Assembly: GCF_964204645.1 (NCBI RefSeq)
Contig: NC_134031.1
Location: forward strand, 3,038,001 to 3,102,000
From: Tubulanus polymorphus
Taxonomy: Eukaryota > Animalia > Nemertea
DNA: 64,000 nt
Direction of reading: 5' to 3'
Shown: in pieces, positions 41,455 through 54,385 of the stretch
How the letters are laid out: each line of letters begins with the position of its first letter
Numbering within the stretch: the first letter of the stretch is position 1
Made by a program: the position numbers and the translations under genes
Notes under the pieces: generated by a model
Database searches by the model: none
What the model was told of the DNA's origin: nothing
Seen by the model: only the letters and a program-made list of their open reading frames with translations

Positions 41455-42504
41455 ATGTCGTCGTACCTCGGACCAGAGACGCCGAGGCCGTTCGCCGTTA
41501 TTTCCGAGAGTTTCCAAGATCGGTTGAAAATTCCGAAGTTGCCCGAATGCGGCACGTTCAGCTTCGGCGAAACGTACGAGAAAAGAATGTGCGAATTGAT
41601 ACATCGTTACCTGGAGCTAGACACGTTCGAACGGCTTTGTTACGTCGGCGAAATCAAGGGCAGTCTGGCGCCGATGATACAAGAACGGTTTTGCTTGCTG
41701 GAACCGGTCATGTCGGTAGCGGCCGGAAATTTCCACTACGAAAAGACCGACTCGGATAAACTGTTACCGTTCCGTATCGCGTACACGGGCGCCGAGGAAT
41801 ACTTCGAAAAGCTGTACGAAGAAGAACCAAACCTGTGCCCGCTCGAGGCCGGCGGCAGAAAACCCAAACCGACCGAACCTCTACCGCTGTTCGATAAAGT
41901 TCTACTGCATAACGCGACTCAGTATTTCCAAAACCCGCGGGCGACTTATAAAAACATAATGAAAAGCGTCGCACCGGCCGGTAAAATGGTCATCGTTCAC
42001 CGGGCGTTTAATCTGAACACGCTGCCGTATTTCGAGAACGCTAAAGAGCGGATAAAACAGTCGGAATCGCCGTATATCGATATCGTGAAGGATTTACAGG
42101 CGTGCGGATTGGACGTGCACTGGGATGTCGAACTGGTGCCTATCGTCATGCCGAAGGTGCAATGGTTATCGATGGTGAAGGGTAAGTTCCCGTGCCAGCT
42201 CGAGGTGATCAGCGACGGCGAAATAACCACCGGCATTCGAGAAATCTCGGAAGGCATGTTGAAATACGAAGGCCAAGTTGTCGAATTCACCGACAGGCTG
42301 ATGTTTATTACGGCTTCGATACCGGTGAAAAAGACCGATTTGCCGAAAATTCAACGCCACGGTCAAAGCGACGTTTTGCCCAACCCGCCCTCTAACGGGT
42401 TGAAATTCCGCATGGAAGTTCCGCCGGACCTGAAAACATACGTGAACGCTAAGAAAACACCGGAACGAAAAAGACTAGAAATGTCATCGTGGAATCAATG
42501 TTGA
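41455..42504 (+). CDS. Intronless 349-aa class I SAM-dependent methyltransferase-fold protein nested in SLC7 intron 3
   Basis: Long complex ORF with an in-frame upstream TGA. FDKVLLHNATQYFQNPRATYKNIMKSVAPAGKMVIV matches the motif II/III pattern (FD-V...L-PGG-hhh). Motif I is degenerate (LCYVGEIKGSLA). Confidence 0.8.
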   Translation: MSSYLGPETPRPFAVISESFQDRLKIPKLPECGTFSFGETYEKRMCELIHRYLELDTFERLCYVGEIKGSLAPMIQERFCLLEPVMSVAAGNFHYEKTDSDKLLPFRIAYTGAEEYFEKLYEEEPNLCPLEAGGRKPKPTEPLPLFDKVLLHNATQYFQNPRATYKNIMKSVAPAGKMVIVHRAFNLNTLPYFENAKERIKQSESPYIDIVKDLQACGLDVHWDVELVPIVMPKVQWLSMVKGKFPCQLEVISDGEITTGIREISEGMLKYEGQVVEFTDRLMFITASIPVKKTDLPKIQRHGQSDVLPNPPSNGLKFRMEVPPDLKTYVNAKKTPERKRLEMSSWNQC

Positions 42505-43412
42505 TAGTGATAGGAAAGTTACTTCTGTTATCGAGCTTGTGACAGATTAGGCGAATTTCTTTGGTGAATCCATTAGCCATTTTATTCGCCTGTGATTAAA
42601 TTCGCGAGACCTAGGTTGATAAATTAAGGCGATTTCGATGCGGAGACTGATTCACCGATTGGAGGATCACATTGCATCGCGTCCCGTGGCCAAACTATAA
42701 AATTCGCCTAGTCTGGCACAGGCTGTCACAGCCTTCAGTTTCCTTCACTGATAATTCATAATCTATATACTCTTTATTTTCACAAAATGAGAGGAATTTT
42801 TACAGAAAAAAAATACAAATCTGCCAAAAAAAACTTGAGAAACTTATCTTTCTTCATTGGAAATTTGGGCTTTGAGGTATTCGGGCAAGCGAAATTCCGA
42901 TTGGGACTAAAACACGGTTTATGAACATTCCGATGAACAAGTTTTTATCACCAGATACGAATCCGTCATTCTGGTGTTGAATACGAAAACAGTTTTCGTA
43001 GCTCGCAGCGACTTCAGTTCGAATCGGTTCCACTGGTGCTCTCTTGTCATTCACGCGCGTCCCCCTGGGATCCGTTATGTGTATATCTGGGATGAAATCC
43101 ACGAGTTGAGCCTCGGAGTGTAATTACGCGCCGAGGGTGAACGCTGTGATGAGGCAGGCTATCTGGCATCCCACTCGTTTGACATCTCATCGCTGTGACT
43201 GTCGGTGGCACTAATTCACGCGGGAAACCGTAGCGTTTACCGTCAATTCGTTATTTCCGGATTTGGTGATCGTTAAGGATCGTCGAGAACCGCCACCGCC
43301 GCTGCTGCAGTAGATCATTGGTTTATGCGTTGGTCGTGCTAAGGTGATGATCCTCGCTTGCTACGAAAATCTCGTAGGGTTATGGTTCGGTAGTTAAAGA
43401 ATACAAACCATA

Positions 43413-43500
43413 AGGACCCAGTTCTATGCAGCTGTAAGTTAGAGTTAACTCAGAAATTCATTCGTTTTCAACTAGGTAACTCTGATTCATGAACTGGGTT
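43413..43500. mobile_element. MITE family A, copy 4 (degenerate)
   Basis: ggacccagttct...gtaagttagagttaactc...gaactgggtt. Confidence 0.55.
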
Positions 43501-44264
43501 CAGGGACCAGTCGCTCAAAACTTGATAAAAGTTAACCATCGGATTTATTCATAGTTGCACTAATGTTATGTAACTTTAATTGCCACTTGTAACAATATTG
43601 TAACTATCCATTGTCAACTGTAAACTTGAGCAACTGGCCTTCGGGTCTTATATTAATGAGTTTCGTTACAGATTCAGGACGCTTCGTTAAATATTGTAAT
43701 GATGGGTTTGTTATCTTCTTAGAAAAAATCCAAACATAAGATGTATAAAACCATGATGGAGGAATTCTCTGTTTAGAATCACTTAAGAAACACTTAATGT
43801 TCTTAGCGTCCGCGATGACCAAATCTGAACCATTTAATACGTCATGTTATGACGGCGTGCTCGTGCCGCACTTAACCTATTTTTCGTCCGACGAGTCAAT
43901 ACGTACTTCCCCTTCGACGGTCAAGGACGCTAATTTGAATATTCAAATGAGCTGTAGAATGTCAGCGCATTATTGCTACCGACATTGCGCCGCCTGTACG
44001 GGCCATCGACGAAGCTTTATAGAGTGCAATAGAGACGGCTAGAAGCGGAAAGCGGATATTACCGAGTGACTGGAAATCACCCGAATGAGATTCAATGTAT
44101 CTGGCATTAATGGAGGCATAAATAACTATTTAGTAAACATAGCGGTCAAACGGGCGCGTTCTGTGATTGATAATAACTACTATATTGCATATCGATTCTC
44201 TAGCATTGTATGACACATATCCATTCGATCTAACCTTTCGAACCCAAACTATTGATTAAAACTT

Positions 44265-44490
44265 AGGGTGAACTTCATTTACCGACTATTTGCGAACTAA
44301 ATGAAACTCAATGTCAGTTAGTTGGGAATAGCGAACGGGATTGAGCACGGCCGCTGTAGCAGTGTGTGTAGTACGGACCTTATAGTTCCGAGATGGCCAA
44401 CGATGTTAAATGCGTATAAAACCGAACTTTAGCGCATTTGGTTATTAGTTCCGACCACAAGTGGACTAACTACGAAAATTAACGTTCACT
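44265..44490. mobile_element. MITE family B, copy 4 (inverted, degenerate)
   Basis: agggtgaacttc...gcgaactaa...gagcacggccgctgtag...gttcacta. Confidence 0.65.
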
Positions 44491-45404
44491 AATGTGTATC
44501 ATGCGAATCGTCTCGCTCTGCGCAAGGAGGGAATTTCGACGTTCAACCATTGCGTATGTCATATTCGGTGACTCCAGGCTCCGTGAAGAACCTTCGATTC
44601 GATGAAAGATGGCCGCCTACTAAACCCCCTTTTTCCTAACAATCACCTAGTCCTGGAAGTGGTTTGGTAACCACTGTGCTCCACGACACGTAACGATCCC
44701 AGTGTACCCAACTGCGATAATATCAGAAACTAAGGTTATTGGTGAAGTCTACGAATCATCAGATCTTTACACCGCCATTCTGGGAGAGTCTAAGCTCGAT
44801 GTCGGTGATTTCCGGCCATTTTCTATCACTGATAGTGAATTCGATGTTTCGTCTGAATTCGACGATGACAGAAAATGCTGCCGTTAAATTCTAAGCTAAT
44901 TTTCGTTAGTCGTCAATCGAGTTTTTGCATCAGACGAAAGCTGTTTTCACCTAATCATTTGTTCGTTCGATGTCGCAAAACTGCCGGCTATACCCGGCAG
45001 CACTGCTGACTGCTATATAATCAATTACGCATCTCCGCCGTGAACGAGAACGGAGAACGCGAGCTGCATAAATATTTCGGGGGTTGTTCAATATCGATTC
45101 GCCGTAGGCAACTGGGTACATACATTTTCAGTGAAATCCGTAGATATGTGGGGCGATGTATTTCATATCCCATTTGACGTCGTCAGATTTCCTACTACAT
45201 GTATTCTTTGGAACATAAAATTCACATTTGGGGATGTAAAACATCCGGGATTTGTCATGTAAATCACTACTTTCTGCTTCATCAACTTGGATTCGCTTAC
45301 AATGGATCACATGCCATAGCTCATGTCGGATGGATACGACTATATCGTGGGCTAAATTCGATCGTGCAAAAATTTATTAAAACATCCGTTTGTTTATTTT
45401 TCAG

Positions 45405-45601
45405 GCATGGGTATCTATTTCTTTTACGGTTTGCGACACAGCACCGAAGCCGGCAACGAGATCGTCGACGAAGAACGAGTCTTGCTCAGCCCGTTACCGA
45501 ACGAAACTTCCGATAGTCCACTCATAATCAGCGACCATCAGCAACAGCAGCGCGACCTGCCGGCCTCCAGCGCAGACACAGAACGTCTGCTTATGCCATA
45601 A
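45405..45601 (+). CDS. SLC7A14: SLC7A14-like transporter, terminal coding exon 4
   Basis: tttttcAG|GC gives WMGLG-MGIYFFYGLRHS (CAT C-terminal motif), TAA at 45599-45601 and AATAAA at 45610. The spliced CDS is 2283 nt (760 aa). Confidence 0.9.
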
Positions 45602-45854
45602 ACAGTTAGAATAAAAACACAACGAAGACAAGTGCTTCGAGTGTATTTTTAATTAGTTTTCCTGTATGCAAAACGATATAATATACATTAAATAGTTTTA
45701 AATATTTTCACGTTAAAAATTCAAATTTTAAATTATCAGTGTTCGTATCATAATCAATATAGATAATATGATTTCCGTTGATAATCAAAGTATATAGTTT
45801 AATTGAAATCAAAGAGTATACACAGAAAAAAGACGGAGAGGATATACGACGAAC

Positions 45855-48800
45855 TTATGTTTTTGTTGTTATGATTGGTTGTGGTTTCTGGTGGTTTGTC
45901 TCTTCGGTATTCTTTCCAGATTCCGACGATATCGCGAAAACCCTGAAGATCAATTCAAAAAAGGATATGTCATTATTTATTTCACCCTGATTAATTTATG
46001 TTATATTTATGATATTATAGCAGTTTTCTACCTGTCATTTTTCACTTTTCTCATACAGACAATTGCCAACAAATCGACGATTTCTACTATAGTAAGTACA
46101 CTGCCGCCGAGCAATAGCCCCAACAAGCCCCCGAAATCGCCTGAAAAATATGATTCGAAATAGTATTTGTAATAGGTATTCAGCATTTACGGCTTTACGA
46201 AAAAATGTCCTTTATATTATTAGTTCTAATTCAAAGAAAGTGAGAAGTGAAAAGACTAGATTACGGTCATGGTACGGATTTTGCTAACCGGCATATGCGC
46301 CAGGCATTAGGCGTTCCCCACTCGATTGGACCCAATTTCGCTCGTCAAAAATCAACTTTCGCTAACCCGTCGATTTTCAAAACCGTAAAACAAATCGGTA
46401 TCATGATGATGAGGTATACTTACTGAAAAGCATCCCCAATGAATAAGCCCTGCGTATCGTAGATATGAAGACGGACATCTTGCCGAATTTAACTTTGACT
46501 CGTAGGTGAGACGTACTACGTAAATCGAGAAAGTGGAAAGTGAAAGAAAACATTTGAACGTCGAGAATTATAAGTAACACAATAATGCAATGGCGAGCGA
46601 AGAACAAGGGTACATCACAGATTTATAGCAAAAAAATGGCCCTGTGATAACATATCGTTTCCCAAACCGGTGTCATAAAATAAGATACCTCCTCTTATTC
46701 ATAGCCCCTTGTAATAGATATCAGGATTAAGGGTTAGGCTCAGCCCTATTATGATTCTTCACATAATCCGTTGTTGGGGGGGCATCTGACATCGGGGCAT
46801 CCGATGACACCGAACTAGCAAGCTCATGATACAGGGACAATAGAATCTGTATAAATCCGTACAGGTTTTAGCTTACGAAACTGTTCGTTCCTAAACGAAC
46901 TGAGGAGATTATTTCAATTATTTACCCTGTGATAAATGCCACCTGTTTTTCTGAAGTGTCAAATCGTTCGCGTTGGAACCATTTCGATTGGCTCACAACG
47001 CGTTCCATTGCCATCAACTCTCGAACATTAGCGTCGATGAAGACCGGGTCGAACTCTTTCGTCTTATCCTCTGCTAGCGTCAGATTCCACAACTCCTCGA
47101 CGTCGCGCAGGAAGCTGTTGAATTCCGCCAGCGGACAATGAGAATTATTCGGTTCGGTTATGAGTACGAAAACCCACAGGGCGATGTCGTACTGTTCGTC
47201 CATAGATCTATTCGGTTTTCGGCCAGAATTCGCTTCGAATGTACAGTTCACGAATAAACCATCTCGCAGTCGTCTCGCCAGCGCGGACACAGACGCGTTC
47301 GATCGATTTGCGGCGGATAAAATCGTCAACGATTTAGAAAGATCGCTCAAATTCGAGCTCGTGTTTCCGATTCTGTTCATCAGGTCGCTATCGCTCTTGA
47401 GGTGATACAGAAGACCCAGATTCTGAAAGTACCTGCCCTGTCTGTGGATGGCTGTTATATATGTAAGAAAGTTCTTCATCCTGACCTTATCGAACTGTAT
47501 GATAAGGCTGGTGTGCTTCAGTGCGTCGATATTCAGATCTGAGATTTGATGGTAATATTTGTATTTTGTGGTCATCGACGATACGCAACAGTTGTGTTGA
47601 CCTACTTCTTCGTCTGAAACATTTAGATATTGGACATGTTTCGTACATCAGCGGAGATCAGGCGTTTGCAAAAGAAACGTGTCTAGACAAAAAGAGGAAC
47701 TAAAGCCCAACGCACATGACGCAGGAAACAGGAGACAGAAACATGTTTCCAAGCGGTTCCATGTGTTGTTTCATGTATTTGTTGGTATTTCTGCGCATCC
47801 CTATTTCCCTGCGTCTTGTGTGTTAGGGCTTAAGAAATACCTTTCGCACTATTTACACATTCTAATTCGTCGATTATGGTACAAATACGAGTCGTTCTTT
47901 TTCCTGTGAAAGTCAAGTACAACAAATATTTTAATTGCAGCAATAGATTTCGAGATTGGACATAATTACGAAGAAATGATATAATGACAGAAATAAAACC
48001 GGGTCATAACTAGCAGGATACGATGACTGCATATACACGTTTTTTAATTTTGATGATTTGCCACAGTAAAACCTCATCCAACTCGGCCGACGACAAACTT
48101 GAACCAGTAAAATTGATCCCAGCAAAATTGAAGTCTTTACCGGCTGATTTGGACCGCACGCATATTCATTTCAAATATGACCAGCAGAACGCGCAAAAAC
48201 AGATTTTTAGCACGCACTAAATTTCCTTTGTCCATCAGGATTTTTGCTTTTGCGCAGTAAAATTTGGTTTGGCGAATTCCCGCGGGGTATATGATGAAAA
48301 AATACAAGAAGGTGGCCTAAAAAGCCCATACATACGTACGAAGGATCTGGCATGCAAGGGAATCCGTAAAACGATTTTGTTTCGATCGTAACGAGACTTA
48401 CCCGTTTTCCCGAGCTCGATCTTGTCGAATATCGGGTACGTGCAGTTGCAGCGTTTTTTGATGTGAAGATATTTCATCAGAGGGCGACACATGTTCTGCG
48501 GGTAGTTGTTCGGCGAGTCGGGAAACTGATCGACGAGCTCGGATACGCGGATGCAGGTATCTACGTTGGGAATCGCGTCCTCCCGAATTTTGATCTAGAA
48601 TCAATTCGACATACGATTTAAAATCTCAGTCTAATTCATTAGATATATTATATTCCATGATTAAAAAGATCGCTTAAAGCACCGATCTGAATGTGCACCA
48701 GGCCCCCTGGTTTAATTATTTAATTACCCGCTGACATTTTATATAATGATATAATTAAACAACGACGTGATGATTTAAAAGACAGAAATGCAAGAATTCA

Positions 48801-51637
48801 TTTGGCTTAAAATCATACAGCGTTTTACAATGCGCTGGAGACTAATGCGTTAACATGTAATGCAGTTGGCGATATAAAAAATTGTTCATCGCAGCATTAC
48901 GATACTATTACAATTCATTAGGATGTGTTTTATCTGAATTGTGTGTATTCCGATGGGATTGAATAGATGGATATTATCAAAAACGAATTATTGCGCAACA
49001 CCGTTTTGACACAAACGCATTTCAAACATAAAAAAGAAAAACGATGAAAGCTTAATGCTGTGCCTGCACCACCCAGGCTTGAAGTCAAGGTTCGGCTGGG
49101 GATCGAACCTGATGGCACCGTAACCAGAATTTCGAATATTCAAGCTCTTAAAGTCTTACTTGAATTATTTTCATTACCTGTTTCTCATTCAAGATGATTT
49201 TGTTGTCGGTACCAGGGCGCAGACGGATGTATTCGGCATTACCGAAAGGGATACTACCAGGAGGATGGATTAATAATTTCACCGCCGAGCTTTCAGTACG
49301 AGCGGTCGATAGAGTGGGGAAACCGCTTATATCGAACTGCAATGACGAGTCTGAAATATGAATAACACTCACATACTTACATTACTAGTTCTAACAGATG
49401 TTCTGATTACGAAAAGAATATTTCAATTGTGGATTAAGATTCGATTTGAAAAAAAAAATGATGAAGCGAAACACAAATATCGTAGTTTTTTACCTGTTGA
49501 CTTGATCTCTTCAGTTGGCGTGTACGTCACGCAAACTCCATCTTGCGTTAATCGGAATTCTGAATCTACTTTACGGCTCATCGTCTGCCCGTTCCAGACG
49601 TGTCTTTGGGAAATAAATGAAACAAAGATAACTATTTTTGAACAAAACAACAGCGCCTTTCTATTTCAATTGAATTTGCGAAAACCTGCAATGATAGTTG
49701 GTAGTTGTATATGGTAGGAAATATCAAAAAGCAATGCTCAAAACATTTCAACTTTCTCTGGATTAAGATTATGAAATAATCAGAATTCAGGTTTAACATT
49801 TGCTCGGGTTTGTACAAACTGCGTATAAAGGCTTTTCCTATATATCCCCATCGTTTGTGAGATCTTCGTGATGCATTTGTATGATTAAAAGCAAATAGAA
49901 ACCTATTGTCACGATACAAGCGTATTGTTTACGATAATGAAACAAACACAAGATGCATTAATGATAACGCAATATCCGAACGATCATAAAATTTTTAACG
50001 GTTCTGGTTCTGGTTTCCCTGGGCTACTGAATCTGGTTTGCTATCAAATATATCATTTGTTCAACGCGTGCGGTTTAAACGTTCTCCTGCGATTCACATT
50101 ACGAGTATCAAACAAATGTCCTGCTGCGGCGGCTCCGAGATTGCCACCAAAATCAAACATTTACAACCGTTTGATATGGTGAAACATGCAGAAAAAAGGG
50201 AACACGCTTCATTCGCAGTATGAAACATCCTGACCGTACTGTAACGATAACACAACAACAACTTGTGAAAGTATCAGTAAAGGTTATTTTGAATTTGATC
50301 GAACATATCGACAATTGAATTAGATTTACCGGTTACCAGTCTAGCCCCAATGTATCGATGCCGTTGTGTGAAACCGCTCAAATGTTCATTATCAAAATTA
50401 AATGAATATTCATCATATAGAAAATAAGACTCATACAATTTGATTAATTACAAAATAAGCGCCAATACTTTATTTGTTGTAACGCCATTATTGATGACGT
50501 AGTGCACATCGAATCGTACACAGACCTCCTAAATAACGCACGTCAGTAGTTTCCGATATATAGATAGTTTTTTCGTAACGTCTCAACGGCGTTAAAAACA
50601 ACATTCAGAAATATTCACTACGATTCAAATTCTCGTTACCTCGTGACGAGCTTGTGTTGATGGTAAGAAGCGTATTTGTAGACATCTTCGTAGTCAGTGT
50701 TAACTGTATCTCCAAACAGTCGGGTCAATTCACCGCATGATTTCTGAGAGAAGTAATTCATCGCGTCCAGGCTTAACTGCGCGGCCACGTGCAGAAAGTA
50801 AAGGTTTTTCGACCACGGCTGCCTGTTCGATGTGACGTTATACAAACCGATATTTCTATTTTAAAAAAAAACATCAGATCTGCCGCGTGTTTCGTAACGT
50901 TTTAACGATTTTAAAATCGTTGACTGACATACAACCGGGGACTATATTGAAGGAAAAGACGTGACCTCAGTCCAAGTAGTCTCAAATCTTTATAATGGTA
51001 TCAATTTTTTAGATTAGCTATCGAACCAAGATAAGCTTAGACTGGCCTCAAATCTGAGTCTTATCCATTTAAGACTGGACTGGACTGGACTGGACTGGAC
51101 TGGACTGGACTGGACTGGACTGGACTGGACTGGACTGGACTGGACTGGACTGGACTGGACTGGACTGGACTGGACTGGATGAATTCCAATATGATAGTTG
51201 GTCACGCGGACGAAGTATTTGTGTGACTAAAATTCTTAATCAGTTTTTCATTATCATTTTTGAAATTTTTGTAACATACGTGAACGCGTTTTCTTGGCAG
51301 ATCGTTAACGACGGGAATTTCACGCTGGCTCTTTCTATGATCAGCTGATTAGAAGTATTCTCTCCGAGCGTGTATGAATCGATGCGGTCTTTTATCAGGA
51401 TGATGAAACCAATTAGCGCTGCTACTAATGTGACGCACCATAACAGCCTGAAAATTCAAATGACTGAGCCGTTTTGTCCCAGGTTGTTCGCAGAAATTGA
51501 AATCTAACATTAGTGAGTTATTCGTACCTTCGAAGAACTGTTTTTCCAGGTCCGCAGATGTGTGTAACGCCTGATATTGATATGTGATCGCTAACTTCTA
51601 TCCGTTCTTTCATTTTGCTTTCATCAACCAGAATCAT
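45855..51637 (-). CDS. Divergent DEG/ENaC (amiloride-sensitive sodium channel / ASIC family) subunit, 11 coding exons, about 669 aa
   Basis: Phase-consistent exons: 51637-51528, 51447-51280, 50855-50640, 49603-49494, 49350-49178, 48594-48402, 47903-47841, 47613-46926, 46515-46424, 46140-46032, 45942-45855 (the last is less certain; unspliced read-through stops at 46028). Motifs: RRLLW-TM1, FPSLTICQEN, TQDGVCVTY, VKLLIHPPGSIP, LRPGT, CNC thumb, AYSLGMLFSDFGGLLGLLLGGSVLTIVEIVD (TM2). Confidence 0.9.
51073..51179. repeat. (GGACT)n pentanucleotide microsatellite
   Basis: About 21 perfect units in DEG/ENaC intron 2. Confidence 0.96.
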
Positions 51638-53083
51638 CTTCGAAAACACGTGATCACTTTTGAGAGTACGATTTATTTTTCGGAAGTCGAAACTAGTTCA
51701 TTCTCGAATAACGTTCACCCGATTCAAACGCACCCTTGTTTAACTGGCGAACTGTATTTCTGTTTTGTCTTATTACAATGAAGTATCCTTATTACGAACC
51801 TGTATCTAAATCCGAGTTATGTTAACTGTGTAAGAAATGTGATCATTTTCATATCGAATATAACAACTGAGTTCGTGGTATCGAGGTTTTACTTATTTGG
51901 TTGATACCTCGATCATCCCGTTTATCACTGCCATGCATCACATGTCGTACGTATTTGAACGATGGTTATCAACACTGTCACTTCATTCACCGAAATATTA
52001 ATAACAACGAGATTGATGTTTGGCGGAGGTAATCGACTGCTGTTGATTTTGTATTGGCATTTACCTTTACTTTGCGTGCCGTGCAACTCTAATTTACCGT
52101 CATGCGTGAGAACATGGGTGTATTAACTTTTTATTTAAAGTTTATACATCCATAGTCAGAATTACTTAAAACAAGTAAGGCCACAAGTTCAGTGAAGCAG
52201 CAATCTGTTTAAAATGAGTCGAGAGAATCTTATGGAAGTTTTCACCTTGTTGGAATGGAAATTGAACCACGAAGGCGAGAGCACTTTTCATGCGACAGAG
52301 CCGTCGAAAGGAATTTTTCAGTGGCGAGGCTTATTTCTGAAGGGTGATCTGGGGGCCCTCCCCTAGAAAAATTTTGAAAATTCAATCGCCGGAGATATGT
52401 TTTGGGGCCATTTCACGGTCTCATTCACAGAAGCATGAGAAGTCGTGAGCCATCCACCTAGTACAGAGAACGACGAGCTGCTACGCGGTACAGCGTGCTT
52501 TAAAAAGAAATTTTGTTAATCAAAAAAGTGTTCGGACAGCCCTGTGCGATCCCAATGTTAGGGTCTGGCCGGTGGCCACACGGTCTCTCTCGGGTAGATC
52601 CAAACCTACCTAAACGAGCAATCTTGCGAGGAGAAAAAAGAGTTAGAATTTCATAGCGTGTGCATCCATAAGTCATTTTTCTTAAATCCGATCCTTTTTG
52701 TAGTAAATTTCGCACGGTTAAAAAGAACTTCGCCGTTCGTGCCGTAATAACGTTGATCGCGTAAGAACGATCAAATTCGTCCTTGAAAAACCGAAATGAA
52801 AGGAAATGAAAATGTAGCTAGTTAGGGCTTCAGGCGTGAGGCGTGATCGCTCTTTTGACGATTTGAGTGAACTTTATTTTTTCAACCTTGTCGTGATATT
52901 TCTCGTTGGATGATAACAACGCTAATTTGAACGATGTTTACCCCGCGCGGCGAGTTTAACAGAATAGAAACGACTGCAGGATGTCGCTAGCCTTCATACA
53001 TCGACTATCGGCCTTATACCTTGGTGTATTGGAAAACAGCGCATAACCCATAGCAAATAAACCGACTGTTTCTTTTGCGGGTG

Positions 53084-53238
53084 CAGTCAACCAGCGATAT
53101 ACCAGCCACATAGGTAAAGAAAGATTTTGGCGGTATAGAGAGTATGGCGGTATATTAGGGGTGTTTTACTGTGTATTTGTATCGAGATGTACGTACAATG
53201 AGAAAACTTGGCGGCAGCGGTAAATCGGGGGTCGACTG
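53084..53238. mobile_element. Tc1/mariner-like MITE
   Basis: CAGTCAACC ... GGTCGACTG-TA termini. Internal similarity to 21400-21550. Confidence 0.6.
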
Positions 53239-54385
53239 TATTTCAAGAACCGGTTTTTTAAATCGCACGCGCCGCGTGGGACATACTGGTGAAACGTCCG
53301 TATCATGCATGACGCCAAATAACCACTATACAACCATCGGATCTATAGGAATTTGAGGGCTTGGCTAGTTTTCAACGTCAAGGAAGGGAAGCCAATTTTT
53401 GAAGCGAGATCGTGATACTGGACCTCTAGCAAGCGAGGATAGGGCTGCAAACGTTTTTGTGAGCCGATTAGATTGCACGCTGGGCTGAATCAAAACCTTC
53501 GCATTCCATGGTAAGACTTAGCAAAACCCTCGCATACCAGGGTCCAGTCTCACAAATAGGTATTAACTAATGGAAGATTGTTTTTTTTTTGTGTGGAGCC
53601 AAACCAAAGGCAAGAATAAATGAAACCCTCACATACCAGGTTACAGTTTCAATTATTTGAAGAAGACAAGAGAATTATGTTTGCCAAACCGATCATGGGG
53701 TTGCTATCTTAAATTGATAAGTTAATCGCATATTTCTGAAGCTGGCTGTACCACCGGGTAGGATTTGGTCAATGATGCGAGAGTTTCAATCAGTTTATAG
53801 TAGCCTGCAGTTTCATACACATACACCGAGTACAGAGTATTTCATTCTCTGCAGGGTCCAGTTTCACAATAAACTTCTAATAAGTTGATTTAGGATTAAG
53901 TTCAACTATGTTAGTGAAACCGGGTCCATAGGATCCGTTTAACAAAAAGGAACCAATGTTTGGATTTTTTGTTCAAAATAAAATGTTTTAACGCAATTGT
54001 TGGACCTTCTTAAAAACTTAAAAAATATTCATTGATCAGGCAAATAGAAATTGAATCGAGTTAAGTTTTTGAGAAGGTCCAACAATTGCGTTAAAACATA
54101 GAAATTGAATCGAGTTGAGTAAATCATTTAATTATGAAACTGAACCTGTGGGATGTAGGTACATGTATATCACCTACGTTAGTATTATCATGTACGTGAC
54201 GCAGAGTCTATGAAACTGCTGGCGTCTGTAATCATAAATGGAACAACAGAGAAAATATATATTTATTTCAAATAACAAGATCACAACAGTTCATACAAAA
54301 TATAAGTCCCATGATAAAAGAAAACCAATGTCAATATTTGTCAACATTCATTGACTGTGGGACTACGTATAAGCCCATTTACAAT

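Noticed and set aside
47931-48125. Candidate DEG/ENaC thumb exon (CRRPSWMRFYC)
   Set aside because: No donor in the required phase; exon 47903-47841 fits both phases and supplies the expected cysteines.
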